64,000 bases of DNA, from NCBI GenBank assembly GCA_002320605.1, contig DCKG01000017.1, forward strand, positions 50,271 to 114,270. The letters are read 5' to 3'. Positions within the stretch are counted from its first letter, which is position 1, and the number at the start of each line of letters is the position of its first letter. Source of the stretch: Bacteroidales bacterium UBA1680 (GTDB lineage Bacteria > Bacteroidota > Bacteroidia > Bacteroidales > UBA932). Shown here one piece after another: positions 36,484 through 45,167 of the stretch. The position numbers and the translations under genes were made by a program. The notes under the pieces are model-generated. The model saw only the letters and a program-made list of their open reading frames with translations, was not told where the DNA came from and searched no databases.

Positions 36484-37239
36484 ATGCTGAGGGAGAATAT
36501 AGTTTTCGGGCCGATTCATTCTCGCCGCCTTGGCGCATCGTTAGGTATAAATCTGCTGCCGCAGAAAGGAAAACTCTGCGACTTCGACTGCATCTATTGC
36601 GAGTGCGGGTGGAATAAGGACGGGCTGGGGGATAGGAATATTCCGTCGGCTGATGACGTTAAGGCTGCTCTTGGAGCAATGCTGCAAGAATGCTCCAGAG
36701 GTGGCACCAAAATAGATTCGATTACTTTTTCCGGAGATGGCGAGCCTACGCTGAACCCGGATTTTCCAGAAATCATAGACATCACGCTGGCATTGCGTGA
36801 TAAATATTATCCTAGCGCAAAAGTTTCTGTCCTGTCTAACTCAACGAGAATCTCCCGAAAAGAAGTTTTCGATGCTCTGCGCAAAGTGGATAATCCCATA
36901 ATGAAGATCGATGCCCCAACGGATGAGCTCGCAGCCAGGATCAATAAGCCCTCTTGCGGGTACCATGTCTCAGATATCGTAGAAGGACTGAAAAAATTTA
37001 ACGGCGATTTCATCTTGCAGACCATGTTCCTGAAGGCTCCGGACTTCGATTCCTCATCGCCTGAAGTCTTGGATGGCTGGATGGAAATCGTTCGCGAGCT
37101 GAGCCCTCGCGAGGTCATGGTCTACACCCTTGACCGCCCTGCCCCAGCACAAAATCTTAGCAAATTCACGGTGGAAGAAATGACGGCCTTAGTCCGGCCT
37201 CTAGTGGACGAAGGCTTCAACATTCAGATCAGAGGTTGA
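36484..37239 (+). CDS. Radical SAM protein
   Basis: CxxxCxxC (CDFDCIYC) and FSGDGEPTL. Confidence 0.9.
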   Translation: MLRENIVFGPIHSRRLGASLGINLLPQKGKLCDFDCIYCECGWNKDGLGDRNIPSADDVKAALGAMLQECSRGGTKIDSITFSGDGEPTLNPDFPEIIDITLALRDKYYPSAKVSVLSNSTRISRKEVFDALRKVDNPIMKIDAPTDELAARINKPSCGYHVSDIVEGLKKFNGDFILQTMFLKAPDFDSSSPEVLDGWMEIVRELSPREVMVYTLDRPAPAQNLSKFTVEEMTALVRPLVDEGFNIQIRG

Positions 37240-37320
37240 GAAGTTGAAAATCTTTGGGCGCAGGGTTTTTTCCTGAGCTTTTTTCTTTACCTTTGTAATC
37301 AACATTAGTGCAGCGATATT

Positions 37321-38217
37321 ATGAGTAGTTCTATTTTGACGAGTTACGGTTATTCTCCAGAAGAAGATCAGATAAGCAAGAGGCTGGATGCAATTGCCAT
37401 GAACATAGACGGTGTCATGTCGGCAGACGTTCTTAAGAAATGCATGTCTTTCATGGACTTGACGTCACTCCACAACGAGGACACGCCTGCTTCCATCGAG
37501 AAGCTAGTGGGCAAAGTCAATGCCTTCAAAGGAAAATATCCGGAGTATCCTCTCCCGGCATCCATTTGCGTATACCCGAATTTCGCTGGCCTCGTGAGGG
37601 AGAATCTCCGATGCGATGGCGTCCATGTCACTACGGTTTCGGGTTGTTTCCCTGCGTCTCAGAGTTTCCTGGATGTCAAGGTGAAAGAGTGCGAGATGGC
37701 GGTGGCTGCAGGTGCTGACGAGATTGACATCGTGCTAGCATTGCATGAGTTCCTGAACGGGAATTACGATGCGGCGAGAAAAGAGATTCGCTCTATGTGC
37801 GCCGCTGTCCGTGCCGCTGGCGAGCTGGCTGGACGCAGCGTAGTTTTCAAAGTCATTCTTGAGACGGGCTTGCTGGTATCTCCGGAAAGGATAGCAGAGG
37901 CTTCTTTCATGGCTATGGAAGAGGGCGCTGACTTCATCAAGACTTCTACTGGAAAAGTCAGCGTGAATGCGACTCCGGTAGCGGCAAGCGTAATGTGCGA
38001 GTGCATCAAGAAATTTTATGAGAAGACCGGCAGGAAAGTCGGTTTCAAAGCAGCGGGCGGCATCTCTAGCGCAAAAGACGCAGCCTGCTACTATATGATC
38101 GTGAAGACTATCCTCGGAGATGAGTGGCTTTGCAAGAGCCTTTTCCGTTTCGGGGTGAGCCGCCTCGCCAACGCTCTCATGTCTGCCATAGAGCAGAAGA
38201 CGGTGGCATATTACTAG
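37321..38217 (+). CDS. deoC: Deoxyribose-phosphate aldolase
   Basis: Motifs DLTSL, GADEIDIV, KVILETG, FIKTSTG and GFKAAGG; promoter TACCTTTG at 37288-37295. Confidence 0.95.
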   Translation: MSSSILTSYGYSPEEDQISKRLDAIAMNIDGVMSADVLKKCMSFMDLTSLHNEDTPASIEKLVGKVNAFKGKYPEYPLPASICVYPNFAGLVRENLRCDGVHVTTVSGCFPASQSFLDVKVKECEMAVAAGADEIDIVLALHEFLNGNYDAARKEIRSMCAAVRAAGELAGRSVVFKVILETGLLVSPERIAEASFMAMEEGADFIKTSTGKVSVNATPVAASVMCECIKKFYEKTGRKVGFKAAGGISSAKDAACYYMIVKTILGDEWLCKSLFRFGVSRLANALMSAIEQKTVAYY

Positions 38218-39140
38218 AGAGATTCAGAGATATTCTCTGCGATTTTTTCGATAAGCCTTTTTCGAGCCTCCACGCTAGCCCATGCGGTATGCGGTGTGAG
38301 GCTTAGTTTTTCTGGATGCCTGGTGTGCAGCAATGGGCTGTCGGCTGGAAGCGGCTCTGTCACGTAAACATCCAACCAGGCACCTCCGATCCTGTCTTCG
38401 TCTATGACTTTGGCGAGGGCATCTTCTTTTATGATGCCTCCGCGTCCCATATTGAGTATGAATGCCGTGGGCTTCATCAGGCGGAGCTGCTCTTCTCCGA
38501 CCAGTCCGTTTGTCCTCTCGTTCATGGGAGCGTGCACCGAAATAACGTCGCTTTCTCGCATCAGCTCGTCAAGGGACACGCTAGGATATTCAGCGCAGTG
38601 GCTGGTGCCGGAAGTGGAATAATATATTATTTTCATCCCGAAGGCTTTCCCGACCGAAGCTACCTTTGAGCCAATCACCCCCATCCCAATGATGCCGAGA
38701 GTCTTTCCTGCAAACTCTATGAAAGGTCTGGTGACATCGGTGAAGAGCCCGCTGGCGGAATATTCCCCAGACTTCACTTTCCGGTCGAAGTAAGGGCCGT
38801 TCCCAGCAAGAGTGAGCATGTGCATGAATGTCTCCTGAACCACGCTGTCGGTGGAGTAACCAGCCACATTCTTGACAGGTATGCCTCTCCTCTCGCATTC
38901 CTTCATGTCTATGTTATTTGTCCCTGTCGCTGCTTCGCAGACTAGCTTGAGCTTCACAGAGGCATCCAGCAGCTCGGCGGTAACCTTTATTTTGTTGATT
39001 ATTAACACTTCGCAATCGCAGACTCTGCTTAATGCCTCTTCCGGGGTAGATGTGGGCCAGCATGTGAGATGTCCTAGTCTCTCAATCGGTTCTAAAGAAG
39101 CGTCACCTATCGTGGCGGCATCCAGAAATACAATTTCCAT
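38214..39140 (-). CDS. D-2-hydroxyacid dehydrogenase
   Basis: Motifs GIIGMGVIG, HAPM, LNMGRG, LDV..EP and TPHTAW. Confidence 0.93.
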   Translation of the reverse strand: MEIVFLDAATIGDASLEPIERLGHLTCWPTSTPEEALSRVCDCEVLIINKIKVTAELLDASVKLKLVCEAATGTNNIDMKECERRGIPVKNVAGYSTDSVVQETFMHMLTLAGNGPYFDRKVKSGEYSASGLFTDVTRPFIEFAGKTLGIIGMGVIGSKVASVGKAFGMKIIYYSTSGTSHCAEYPSVSLDELMRESDVISVHAPMNERTNGLVGEEQLRLMKPTAFILNMGRGGIIKEDALAKVIDEDRIGGAWLDVYVTEPLPADSPLLHTRHPEKLSLTPHTAWASVEARKRLIEKIAENISESL

Positions 39141-39190
39141 AAGTGCGATTTTTTACGAATATAGCAAATATGCCGCCGAAAACCAATGCG

Positions 39191-39232
39191 GAAAAAGAAA
39201 GAGACCGCATCAGATTGCTCTGACACGGTCTC
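39191..39232 (-). terminator. Rho-independent terminator after tRNA-Leu
   Basis: Minus strand reads GAGACCGTGTCAGAGCAATCTGATGCGGTCTC followed by TTTCTTTTTC. Confidence 0.75.
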
Positions 39233-39237
39233 TAGCG

Positions 39238-39320
39238 TGCGCGAGATGAGAGTCGAACTCACATGTCATAATTGACACTAGCTCCTGAAACTAGCGCGTC
39301 TACCATTCCGCCACCCGCGC
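39238..39320 (-). tRNA. tRNA-Leu (CAG)
   Basis: Acceptor stem GCGCGGG/CTCGCGC plus discriminator A; D-arm GGCGGAATGGTAGACGC; anticodon loop TT-CAG-GA; long variable arm; T-loop GTTCGACTC. CCA is not encoded. Confidence 0.96.
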
Positions 39321-39330
39321 TTGGGGAATG

Positions 39331-39361
39331 CAAATATACGAAATGTTCGGTTAATTCCAAA
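39331..39361 (-). promoter_or_regulatory. Canonical Bacteroidetes promoter for tRNA-Leu
   Basis: Minus-strand TTTG (39358-39361), a 19 nt spacer, then TATATTTG (39331-39338). Confidence 0.75.
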
Positions 39362-40933
39362 TTACTTGTAATATTGTTTGTAGACGCGATCGATGACGGC
39401 CTTCTTGGATGGGCAGGATGCTGCGAGATATTCAAAGTAAGTCTCTATGTCTCTGACGTTTGAGTTCAGGGCGAAGAACATGTCTTTCTTGGTGATGCCT
39501 TTCTTTTGCAAGTCTTCAAGTGCCTCTGGATGGAACCAGAGATCGTCTTTTTGGGCGACATCCCTGCCATAACGCTCCTTGTAAAGAGAATATTCCATGA
39601 AGTATCCCCACATCTCGCTCACTCCAATTATTCCTTCGTGTTCTCCTTTGCCGCTACCGTACATGTCCCCTGTCATCGCAAGGTTTGCCAGCATCCTTTC
39701 TGTTAGCAGGCCCCAATAATCCTTCCCTGCTCTCGCAAAATGGGAGGCGTGAGCCAGCTCGTGCATCGTGACTGAAAAAATCTCATCGTACTTGTAGTCC
39801 TTGTCTCTTGTCCCGATTGTGATGTCAGGGGCAAAAATCCTTATAACTGAAACATAATATTTCAGGTATTTCTTGAGGAGGGTATTGTCTAGCAGCGTGC
39901 CATGGTGCATCATTATGGCGCAAGAAGGCTTAATGAGGTCCAGGATCCATATTCGCAGGTTATGAGGCGGAGGTGTCACGCCGTATGAAGAACATGTGGT
40001 GTAATATTCGTAGGCGGCATTATTCACGACGCATCTTCTGAACACTTTATCTCCAGATTTCGTGTCAATCGTGACGTCTTTGCCAGAGGGGCTGCCCTTC
40101 CCTAGTGTTGACGTAGATGCAGTGACTAAAATCTTATTGAATCCGATCTTGAAGCCGGCCTTGTTCTTGAACCGGATGCTGTAATGAGGCTTGGAAGAGA
40201 ATTTCTTGTTCAGCTTGTAGTGACCCTTGTCATCGGTGTAATCCTGGCCGAACTTCACGAACACTCGGCCGATGACTTTAACACCGCATACTCCGAATGT
40301 CCTGCTTTGCGGGAATTTGTCATCCACGATTTTGATGTAGCCCTCAGGATGCACTTTGCGCCCCCTGGTATCAGGCACGAGCATGTCCCCGTTCCCTGTC
40401 TGTTCGAAGGCGGTTCTCTCGACATCGTCCCAGTCGATGTCCTCGAGTCCTTTCGTGACCATTCCATCTTTAGGAATGTAGCACTCATCGAGGATTTCGT
40501 GCCTGATTTCTTCAGGAAACTCGAAATCGGAAGGCACTACGGCATATTGCCAAGACACCTCGTCCTTAGGGATGGACGGATCGTGATAATAGTCCCCCTC
40601 TGTCTTTATTTCGTAGTCTAGCGGGTAGTCGAACAGCACTGCGCCAAGCGAGTCCAAGGTGTTCAGATCTTTCTGGCCGTCAGGCAAGAACCTGACATAC
40701 ATGTCAGTCGCAGGTACTTCTACGTCGGCCCTTGTCGGGTAGAGGGCAGAGATGGCAGCGCTCATGTTTTTCACTGTGTACGGATTTTTCAGTTTCCGCC
40801 CCAGCTCGATCATCTCATGGGAAACTGCTTCCTCTTTCTGAATAGGCGTGGCGGACTCCTGCGGAGTCCAGTTTTCTTCGTTGCAAGACGCTATCATGAG
40901 CGCCGACAGCAACAGACTAAATACTTTTCTCAT
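39362..40933 (-). CDS. Hypothetical lipoprotein with a gluzincin-like HExxH motif
   Basis: Lipobox IASC; MHELAHASH followed by SEMWGYF. Confidence 0.75.
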   Translation of the reverse strand: MRKVFSLLLSALMIASCNEENWTPQESATPIQKEEAVSHEMIELGRKLKNPYTVKNMSAAISALYPTRADVEVPATDMYVRFLPDGQKDLNTLDSLGAVLFDYPLDYEIKTEGDYYHDPSIPKDEVSWQYAVVPSDFEFPEEIRHEILDECYIPKDGMVTKGLEDIDWDDVERTAFEQTGNGDMLVPDTRGRKVHPEGYIKIVDDKFPQSRTFGVCGVKVIGRVFVKFGQDYTDDKGHYKLNKKFSSKPHYSIRFKNKAGFKIGFNKILVTASTSTLGKGSPSGKDVTIDTKSGDKVFRRCVVNNAAYEYYTTCSSYGVTPPPHNLRIWILDLIKPSCAIMMHHGTLLDNTLLKKYLKYYVSVIRIFAPDITIGTRDKDYKYDEIFSVTMHELAHASHFARAGKDYWGLLTERMLANLAMTGDMYGSGKGEHEGIIGVSEMWGYFMEYSLYKERYGRDVAQKDDLWFHPEALEDLQKKGITKKDMFFALNSNVRDIETYFEYLAASCPSKKAVIDRVYKQYYK

Positions 40934-40963
40934 AGCGATAAATAGTTAAGATTATTTCGAAGG

Positions 40964-41013
40964 CAAATGTATTCCAACTTAGCCGGTGACAGAAAATATC
41001 ACCGTCTAAGTTG
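40964..41013 (-). promoter_or_regulatory. Promoter with an adjacent 15 bp inverted repeat
   Basis: Minus-strand TACATTTG at 40964-40971; arms 40975-40989 and 40999-41013 pair at 14/15 positions around a 9 nt spacer. Confidence 0.6.
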
Positions 41014-41247
41014 AAAAAACGTAATTTGAAGGGCCTGGAAATAGCATTTTTCGGTGCTAAAAAATTGCAGAAAAATGTTTTTGGATTTTGCAAATGGCTA
41101 AAAATGGCCTCGGGACCTCACGAATTATTGATTATCCGTTGAATTCTTGCTCAGGCTGCGTTATTTCCCATATTTTCGCATTTTCTGACGAAAAAATTTT
41201 GATGCTATGAAAATAATTTACAATTTTGTTAGGCGAACTAACAAATA

Positions 41248-41307
41248 ATGTTGAACCTATTTCATATTCATTGCCATCATTGCCGCTCGAATCGGGAGGT
41301 AAGCTGA
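41248..41307 (+). CDS. hisL: his operon leader peptide MLNLFHIHCHHCRSNREVS
   Basis: A 19-codon ORF with 4 His codons (all CAT) within 6 codons, upstream of a terminator and hisG. Confidence 0.82.
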   Translation: MLNLFHIHCHHCRSNREVS

Positions 41308-41336
41308 CTGTGAGTATCTGGACATAAGATATTTAT

Positions 41337-41379
41337 AAAGACTTGCTTCCTTCATGGCCGCAAGTCTTTTTCATTTTTT
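41337..41379 (+). terminator. his attenuator terminator
   Basis: Stem AAAGACTTGC (41337-41346) / GCAAGTCTTT (41360-41369) followed by TTCATTTTTT, ending 5 nt before the hisG ATG. Confidence 0.8.
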
Positions 41380-41384
41380 GCTAT

Positions 41385-42236
41385 ATGATAAGAATTGCTA
41401 TTCAGGCCAAGGGCCGATTGAGTGAAGACAGCCTCAGCCTGCTGCGAGAGGTGGGAATCGATGTAGATGACAGCAAACGCCAGTTCCTTCTGCGTTCCAG
41501 CAGCCATCCGGCGGAAATTTTATTTCTAAGGGACGACGACATCCCTCAGGCAGTAGCTTTGGGCGTTGCGGACATAGGAATCGTAGGCTACAACGAAGTG
41601 CTGGAGAAAGGCGAGGACGTGGAGATAATAGATAAACTCGGGTTTGGGAGTTGCAGGATTTCACTGGCTGTGCCAAAGGGGGAGAATTACGCTGGGCTTG
41701 AATATTTCAACGGCAAGAGAATAGCTACGTCTTACCCGAATATCCTGTCTAAATTCCTGAATGAAAAGAATATAGATGCGAAAATCAGCGTCATTGAGGG
41801 GTCTGTGGAAATAGCCCCTACCGTCGGGATGAGCGATGCCATTTTCGACATCGTTTCCTCTGGTGGCACCCTCGTCAGCAATGGCCTGAAAGAAGTCGAG
41901 AAAGTGGTCTTTTCTCAGGCTGTGCTGATAAAAGGGAAAAACGTCAGCAACGACAAACTTTCAGCATTAGAGCAGATAAAATTCCGTCTGAATGCAGTGA
42001 GAGACAGCAAAGGTCTTAAATATCTGCTTATGAACATTCCGAATTCGCAAATTGAAGAGGCCATAAAGATAGTGCCTGCGATGCGAAGCCCGACTATCCT
42101 GCCTCTGGCGCAGGAGGGTTGGTCCTCGCTGCACTCGGTGGTGAAAGAGAATGTGCTCTGGGAGAAGATTGAGCAATTGAAGCAGGTAGGCGCCGAAGGA
42201 ATATTGGTTCTGTCAGTCGAAAAAATGGTGCTATGA
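41385..42236 (+). CDS. hisG: ATP phosphoribosyltransferase (long form)
   Basis: Motifs RIAIQAKGRL, LRDDDIP, IATSYP, GSVEIAP and DIVSSGGTL; C-terminal regulatory domain. Confidence 0.96.
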   Translation: MIRIAIQAKGRLSEDSLSLLREVGIDVDDSKRQFLLRSSSHPAEILFLRDDDIPQAVALGVADIGIVGYNEVLEKGEDVEIIDKLGFGSCRISLAVPKGENYAGLEYFNGKRIATSYPNILSKFLNEKNIDAKISVIEGSVEIAPTVGMSDAIFDIVSSGGTLVSNGLKEVEKVVFSQAVLIKGKNVSNDKLSALEQIKFRLNAVRDSKGLKYLLMNIPNSQIEEAIKIVPAMRSPTILPLAQEGWSSLHSVVKENVLWEKIEQLKQVGAEGILVLSVEKMVL

Positions 42237-43519
42237 ATATATTTAAAGTCATTAATCCTCCGCAGTCTGCGTGGGACAGCCTGACGAAGCGTCCATCCGA
42301 GCAGGATTCTGATATCGAGGAAGGCGTCAGGAATATATTGAGAGACGTTCAGGAGCGGGGAGATGCTGCCCTGCGAGAGTACGAAAAGCGCTTCGACGGG
42401 GCTTCGCTTTCGGGTGGGTTCAAGGTCTCCGAAGAAGAAATCGTGGAGGCGGGCGAGCTTGTGCCAGAAGATCTTAAGCATGCCATCGCTACGGCATATT
42501 CAAATATCCTAAAATTCCATATTGCGCAGCTGCCAAAGGAAATCAGGGTGAAAACCTCGCTTGGCGTTACCTGCGTGCAGAAGTCTGTGCCGATTAATAA
42601 GGTCGGCCTTTACGTGCCAGGGGGCAGGGCTCCGCTATTTTCCACGGTGCTGATGCTATGCATCCCTGCGAAAGTTGCCGGTTGCGAAGACAGCATTCTG
42701 TGCACTCCTCCCTCTGCTGAAGGCAAGGCAAATCCCTGTATCATTTATGCTGCCACCCTCTGCGGAATGAAGAATATTTTCAAATTGGGTGGTGCGCAGG
42801 CTATTGCAGCGATGGCCTATGGCACTGAGAGCATCACGAGGCGAGATAAGATTTTCGGACCGGGCAATCGTTACGTGATGAAGGCAAAACAGATAGTCGG
42901 AATGAGCCAAGTGGCAATCGACATGCCTGCAGGACCTTCCGAAGTGATGGTGCTGGCCGATGAAACATCACAGCCGTCATTCGTGGCTGCCGACTTCCTG
43001 TCTCAAGACGAGCACGGGCCGGACAGCCAGTCAATCCTTGTCTGCACTAATGAAAGCATCGCAGAAGCCGTTGGGAGTGAAATAAATCGCCAGATGACCA
43101 GACTGAGCCGTCAGGAAACGATTGCCAAGTCATTGATGAACAGTAAAATAATCGTGTTGCCGGATCGAGAGACAATTGCCAGATTTGCCAATGAATATGC
43201 CCCTGAGCACCTTATAATCTCTATGCAGGAGCCTTGGGCGATGGCAGAGAAGATTTATGCAGCCGGCAGCATATTCATAGGAAATTATTCACCAGAGAGC
43301 GCTGGGGACTATGCTTCAGGCACGAATCACACCCTTCCGACAAGTCGCTGGGCAAGGTCTTACAGTGCCCTCGGGGTGGAATCCTTCATGCGCAGGATGA
43401 CCATTCAAGAGTTGTCGAAGGAGGGTTTGGAGGGCATTGGCGGTGCCATTGAGACCATGGCTCTTGCGGAGGGACTGGACGCTCATGCGGCTGCGGTGAA
43501 AGCTAGAATTGAAAAATGA
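42233..43519 (+). CDS. hisD: Histidinol dehydrogenase
   Basis: Motifs VGLYVPGG, GGAQAIAA, IFGPGN, DMPAGPSE, APEHL and GDYASGTNHTLPT. Confidence 0.96.
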   Translation: MNIFKVINPPQSAWDSLTKRPSEQDSDIEEGVRNILRDVQERGDAALREYEKRFDGASLSGGFKVSEEEIVEAGELVPEDLKHAIATAYSNILKFHIAQLPKEIRVKTSLGVTCVQKSVPINKVGLYVPGGRAPLFSTVLMLCIPAKVAGCEDSILCTPPSAEGKANPCIIYAATLCGMKNIFKLGGAQAIAAMAYGTESITRRDKIFGPGNRYVMKAKQIVGMSQVAIDMPAGPSEVMVLADETSQPSFVAADFLSQDEHGPDSQSILVCTNESIAEAVGSEINRQMTRLSRQETIAKSLMNSKIIVLPDRETIARFANEYAPEHLIISMQEPWAMAEKIYAAGSIFIGNYSPESAGDYASGTNHTLPTSRWARSYSALGVESFMRRMTIQELSKEGLEGIGGAIETMALAEGLDAHAAAVKARIEK

Positions 43520-45167
43520 TTTTAATATGAACATATCGAATTTGATTCGCCCTTCAATTAAGGCGCTGGATCCTTATTCCACGGCAAGGGACGAATGTGG
43601 AGAAAACCGCCCCGAAATATTCCTAGATGCGAATGAAAGCCCGTACGACAACGGCATCAATCGTTATCCTGACCCTCGTCAGAAGCAGTTGAAGGCAAAG
43701 ATCGCGGCAATCAAGGGAATTTCTCCCAATCAGCTTTTTCTGGGCAATGGAAGCGATGAGGCGATTGACTTGATGTACAGGATTTTCGCCACGCCTGGCC
43801 AAGACAACGCCGTGCTAATGGCTCCCAGCTATGGAATGTATGAGGTAGCAGCCGGAATGAATGACGTTGCGGTCAGGAAGGTCCAACTGAAAGAAGATTT
43901 CTCGCTGGACGTAGATGGAATGCTTTCTGCCACAGATTCTCGCACGAAACTCATGTTCATTTGCTCCCCGAACAATCCTACCGGCAATTCGTTCCCGCAG
44001 GAAGACATCGAGAAACTTCTGAGAGATTTCGACGGAGCTGTGGTTCTGGATGAGGCTTACATAGATTTCTCGAATCGTGGATCCTTGGCTCATCTTATAG
44101 AAAAATACCCGAATCTGGTCGTCCTGCAGACGCTTTCCAAGGCTTGGGGGATGGCAGGCCTGAGAATCGGTCTTGCGATTGCCATGCCGGAAATAGTGGC
44201 TACGATGAACAAGGTGAAGTACCCTTACAATATTAATATCCTGACTCAGAAGATGGCTCTGACTAAGCTGGACGAAGATGCTAAGGATCGCAGTGTGGCG
44301 GAAATCATCGGGGATAGGTTCAGAGTCGAGAAGGCTTTGGCAGAGTGCCCGGAGGTGCTGAAAATTTATCCTAGCGATTCGAACTTCATTCTGGTTAAGG
44401 TTACTGATCCCGAAGGGCTTTATGCAAAGCTATTGCGCAGTGGGATCATCGTCAGGAACCGCTCGCGGGTGAAAGGCTGCGAAGGCTGCCTGCGAATCAC
44501 CATAGGCACCCCGTTCGAGAATGACAGGTTGCTGAATGTGCTAGGGGTTGGTCCTGGCAAAGATAGAAATGGCATTGAACGTCTCGGGGAGCGTCATGTC
44601 AGGCTGACAAGGAAAACGAAGGAAACCAGCGTGTCGCTAGAACTGGATTTGGATAAGAGCGGCATTTCCGAAATTTCCACCGGCCTTGATTTCTTCGACC
44701 ACATGCTGGAGCAGATTTCTCATCACGGAGGAGTGTCGCTGAGGGTAAAGGTCGAGGGCGACTTGCAGGTCGATGACCATCACACGATTGAGGACACGGG
44801 AATAGCACTCGGCGAGGCGATTGATGCTGCGTTAGGCGACAAGATGGGCATTGCTCGTTATGGCTTTGTCCTGCCAATGGATGACTGCGATGCGGCCGTG
44901 CTGATGGATTTCGGAGGGCGCACGGATTTTCAGTGGAAGGCTGAGTTCCACCGCGAGAAAGTTGGCGACATGTCCACCGAGATGTTCCGGCATTTCTTCC
45001 AGTCGGTATGCACTGGAGCGAAGTGTAACCTGCACATCGAGGCGAGGGGCGAGAACGAGCATCACAAGGCCGAAGCCATATTCAAGGGATTTGCCAGAAC
45101 CATTAGGATGGCGGCCGCGAAGAATGAATTCCCTTATGAAATCCCTTCTAGCAAAGGAATATTATGA
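43509..45167 (+). CDS. hisC-hisB: Fused histidinol-phosphate aminotransferase (HisC) and imidazoleglycerol-phosphate dehydratase (HisB/IGPD)
   Basis: The N-terminal part carries LDANES, GNGSDEAI, CSPNNPTG, LDEAY and TLSKAWGMAGLR. In the same frame follow RKTKET, FFDHML, DDHHTIED and NEHHKAEA. There is no HAD phosphatase domain. Confidence 0.93.
   Translation: MKNDFNMNISNLIRPSIKALDPYSTARDECGENRPEIFLDANESPYDNGINRYPDPRQKQLKAKIAAIKGISPNQLFLGNGSDEAIDLMYRIFATPGQDNAVLMAPSYGMYEVAAGMNDVAVRKVQLKEDFSLDVDGMLSATDSRTKLMFICSPNNPTGNSFPQEDIEKLLRDFDGAVVLDEAYIDFSNRGSLAHLIEKYPNLVVLQTLSKAWGMAGLRIGLAIAMPEIVATMNKVKYPYNINILTQKMALTKLDEDAKDRSVAEIIGDRFRVEKALAECPEVLKIYPSDSNFILVKVTDPEGLYAKLLRSGIIVRNRSRVKGCEGCLRITIGTPFENDRLLNVLGVGPGKDRNGIERLGERHVRLTRKTKETSVSLELDLDKSGISEISTGLDFFDHMLEQISHHGGVSLRVKVEGDLQVDDHHTIEDTGIALGEAIDAALGDKMGIARYGFVLPMDDCDAAVLMDFGGRTDFQWKAEFHREKVGDMSTEMFRHFFQSVCTGAKCNLHIEARGENEHHKAEAIFKGFARTIRMAAAKNEFPYEIPSSKGIL

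Noticed and set aside
38214-38217. Tail-to-tail overlaps (deoC/dehydrogenase CTAG; galM/pbpC 14 nt)
   Set aside because: These are common features of compact genomes.
39238-41200. Integrative element at tRNA-Leu
   Set aside because: No integrase and no duplicated tRNA 3' end; the lipoprotein lies on the tRNA's 5' side.
43000-43020. HisD variant SQDEH instead of the usual SQAEH
   Set aside because: The metal-ligand Gln and His and the catalytic EH are retained; a single substitution is not enough to claim altered function.
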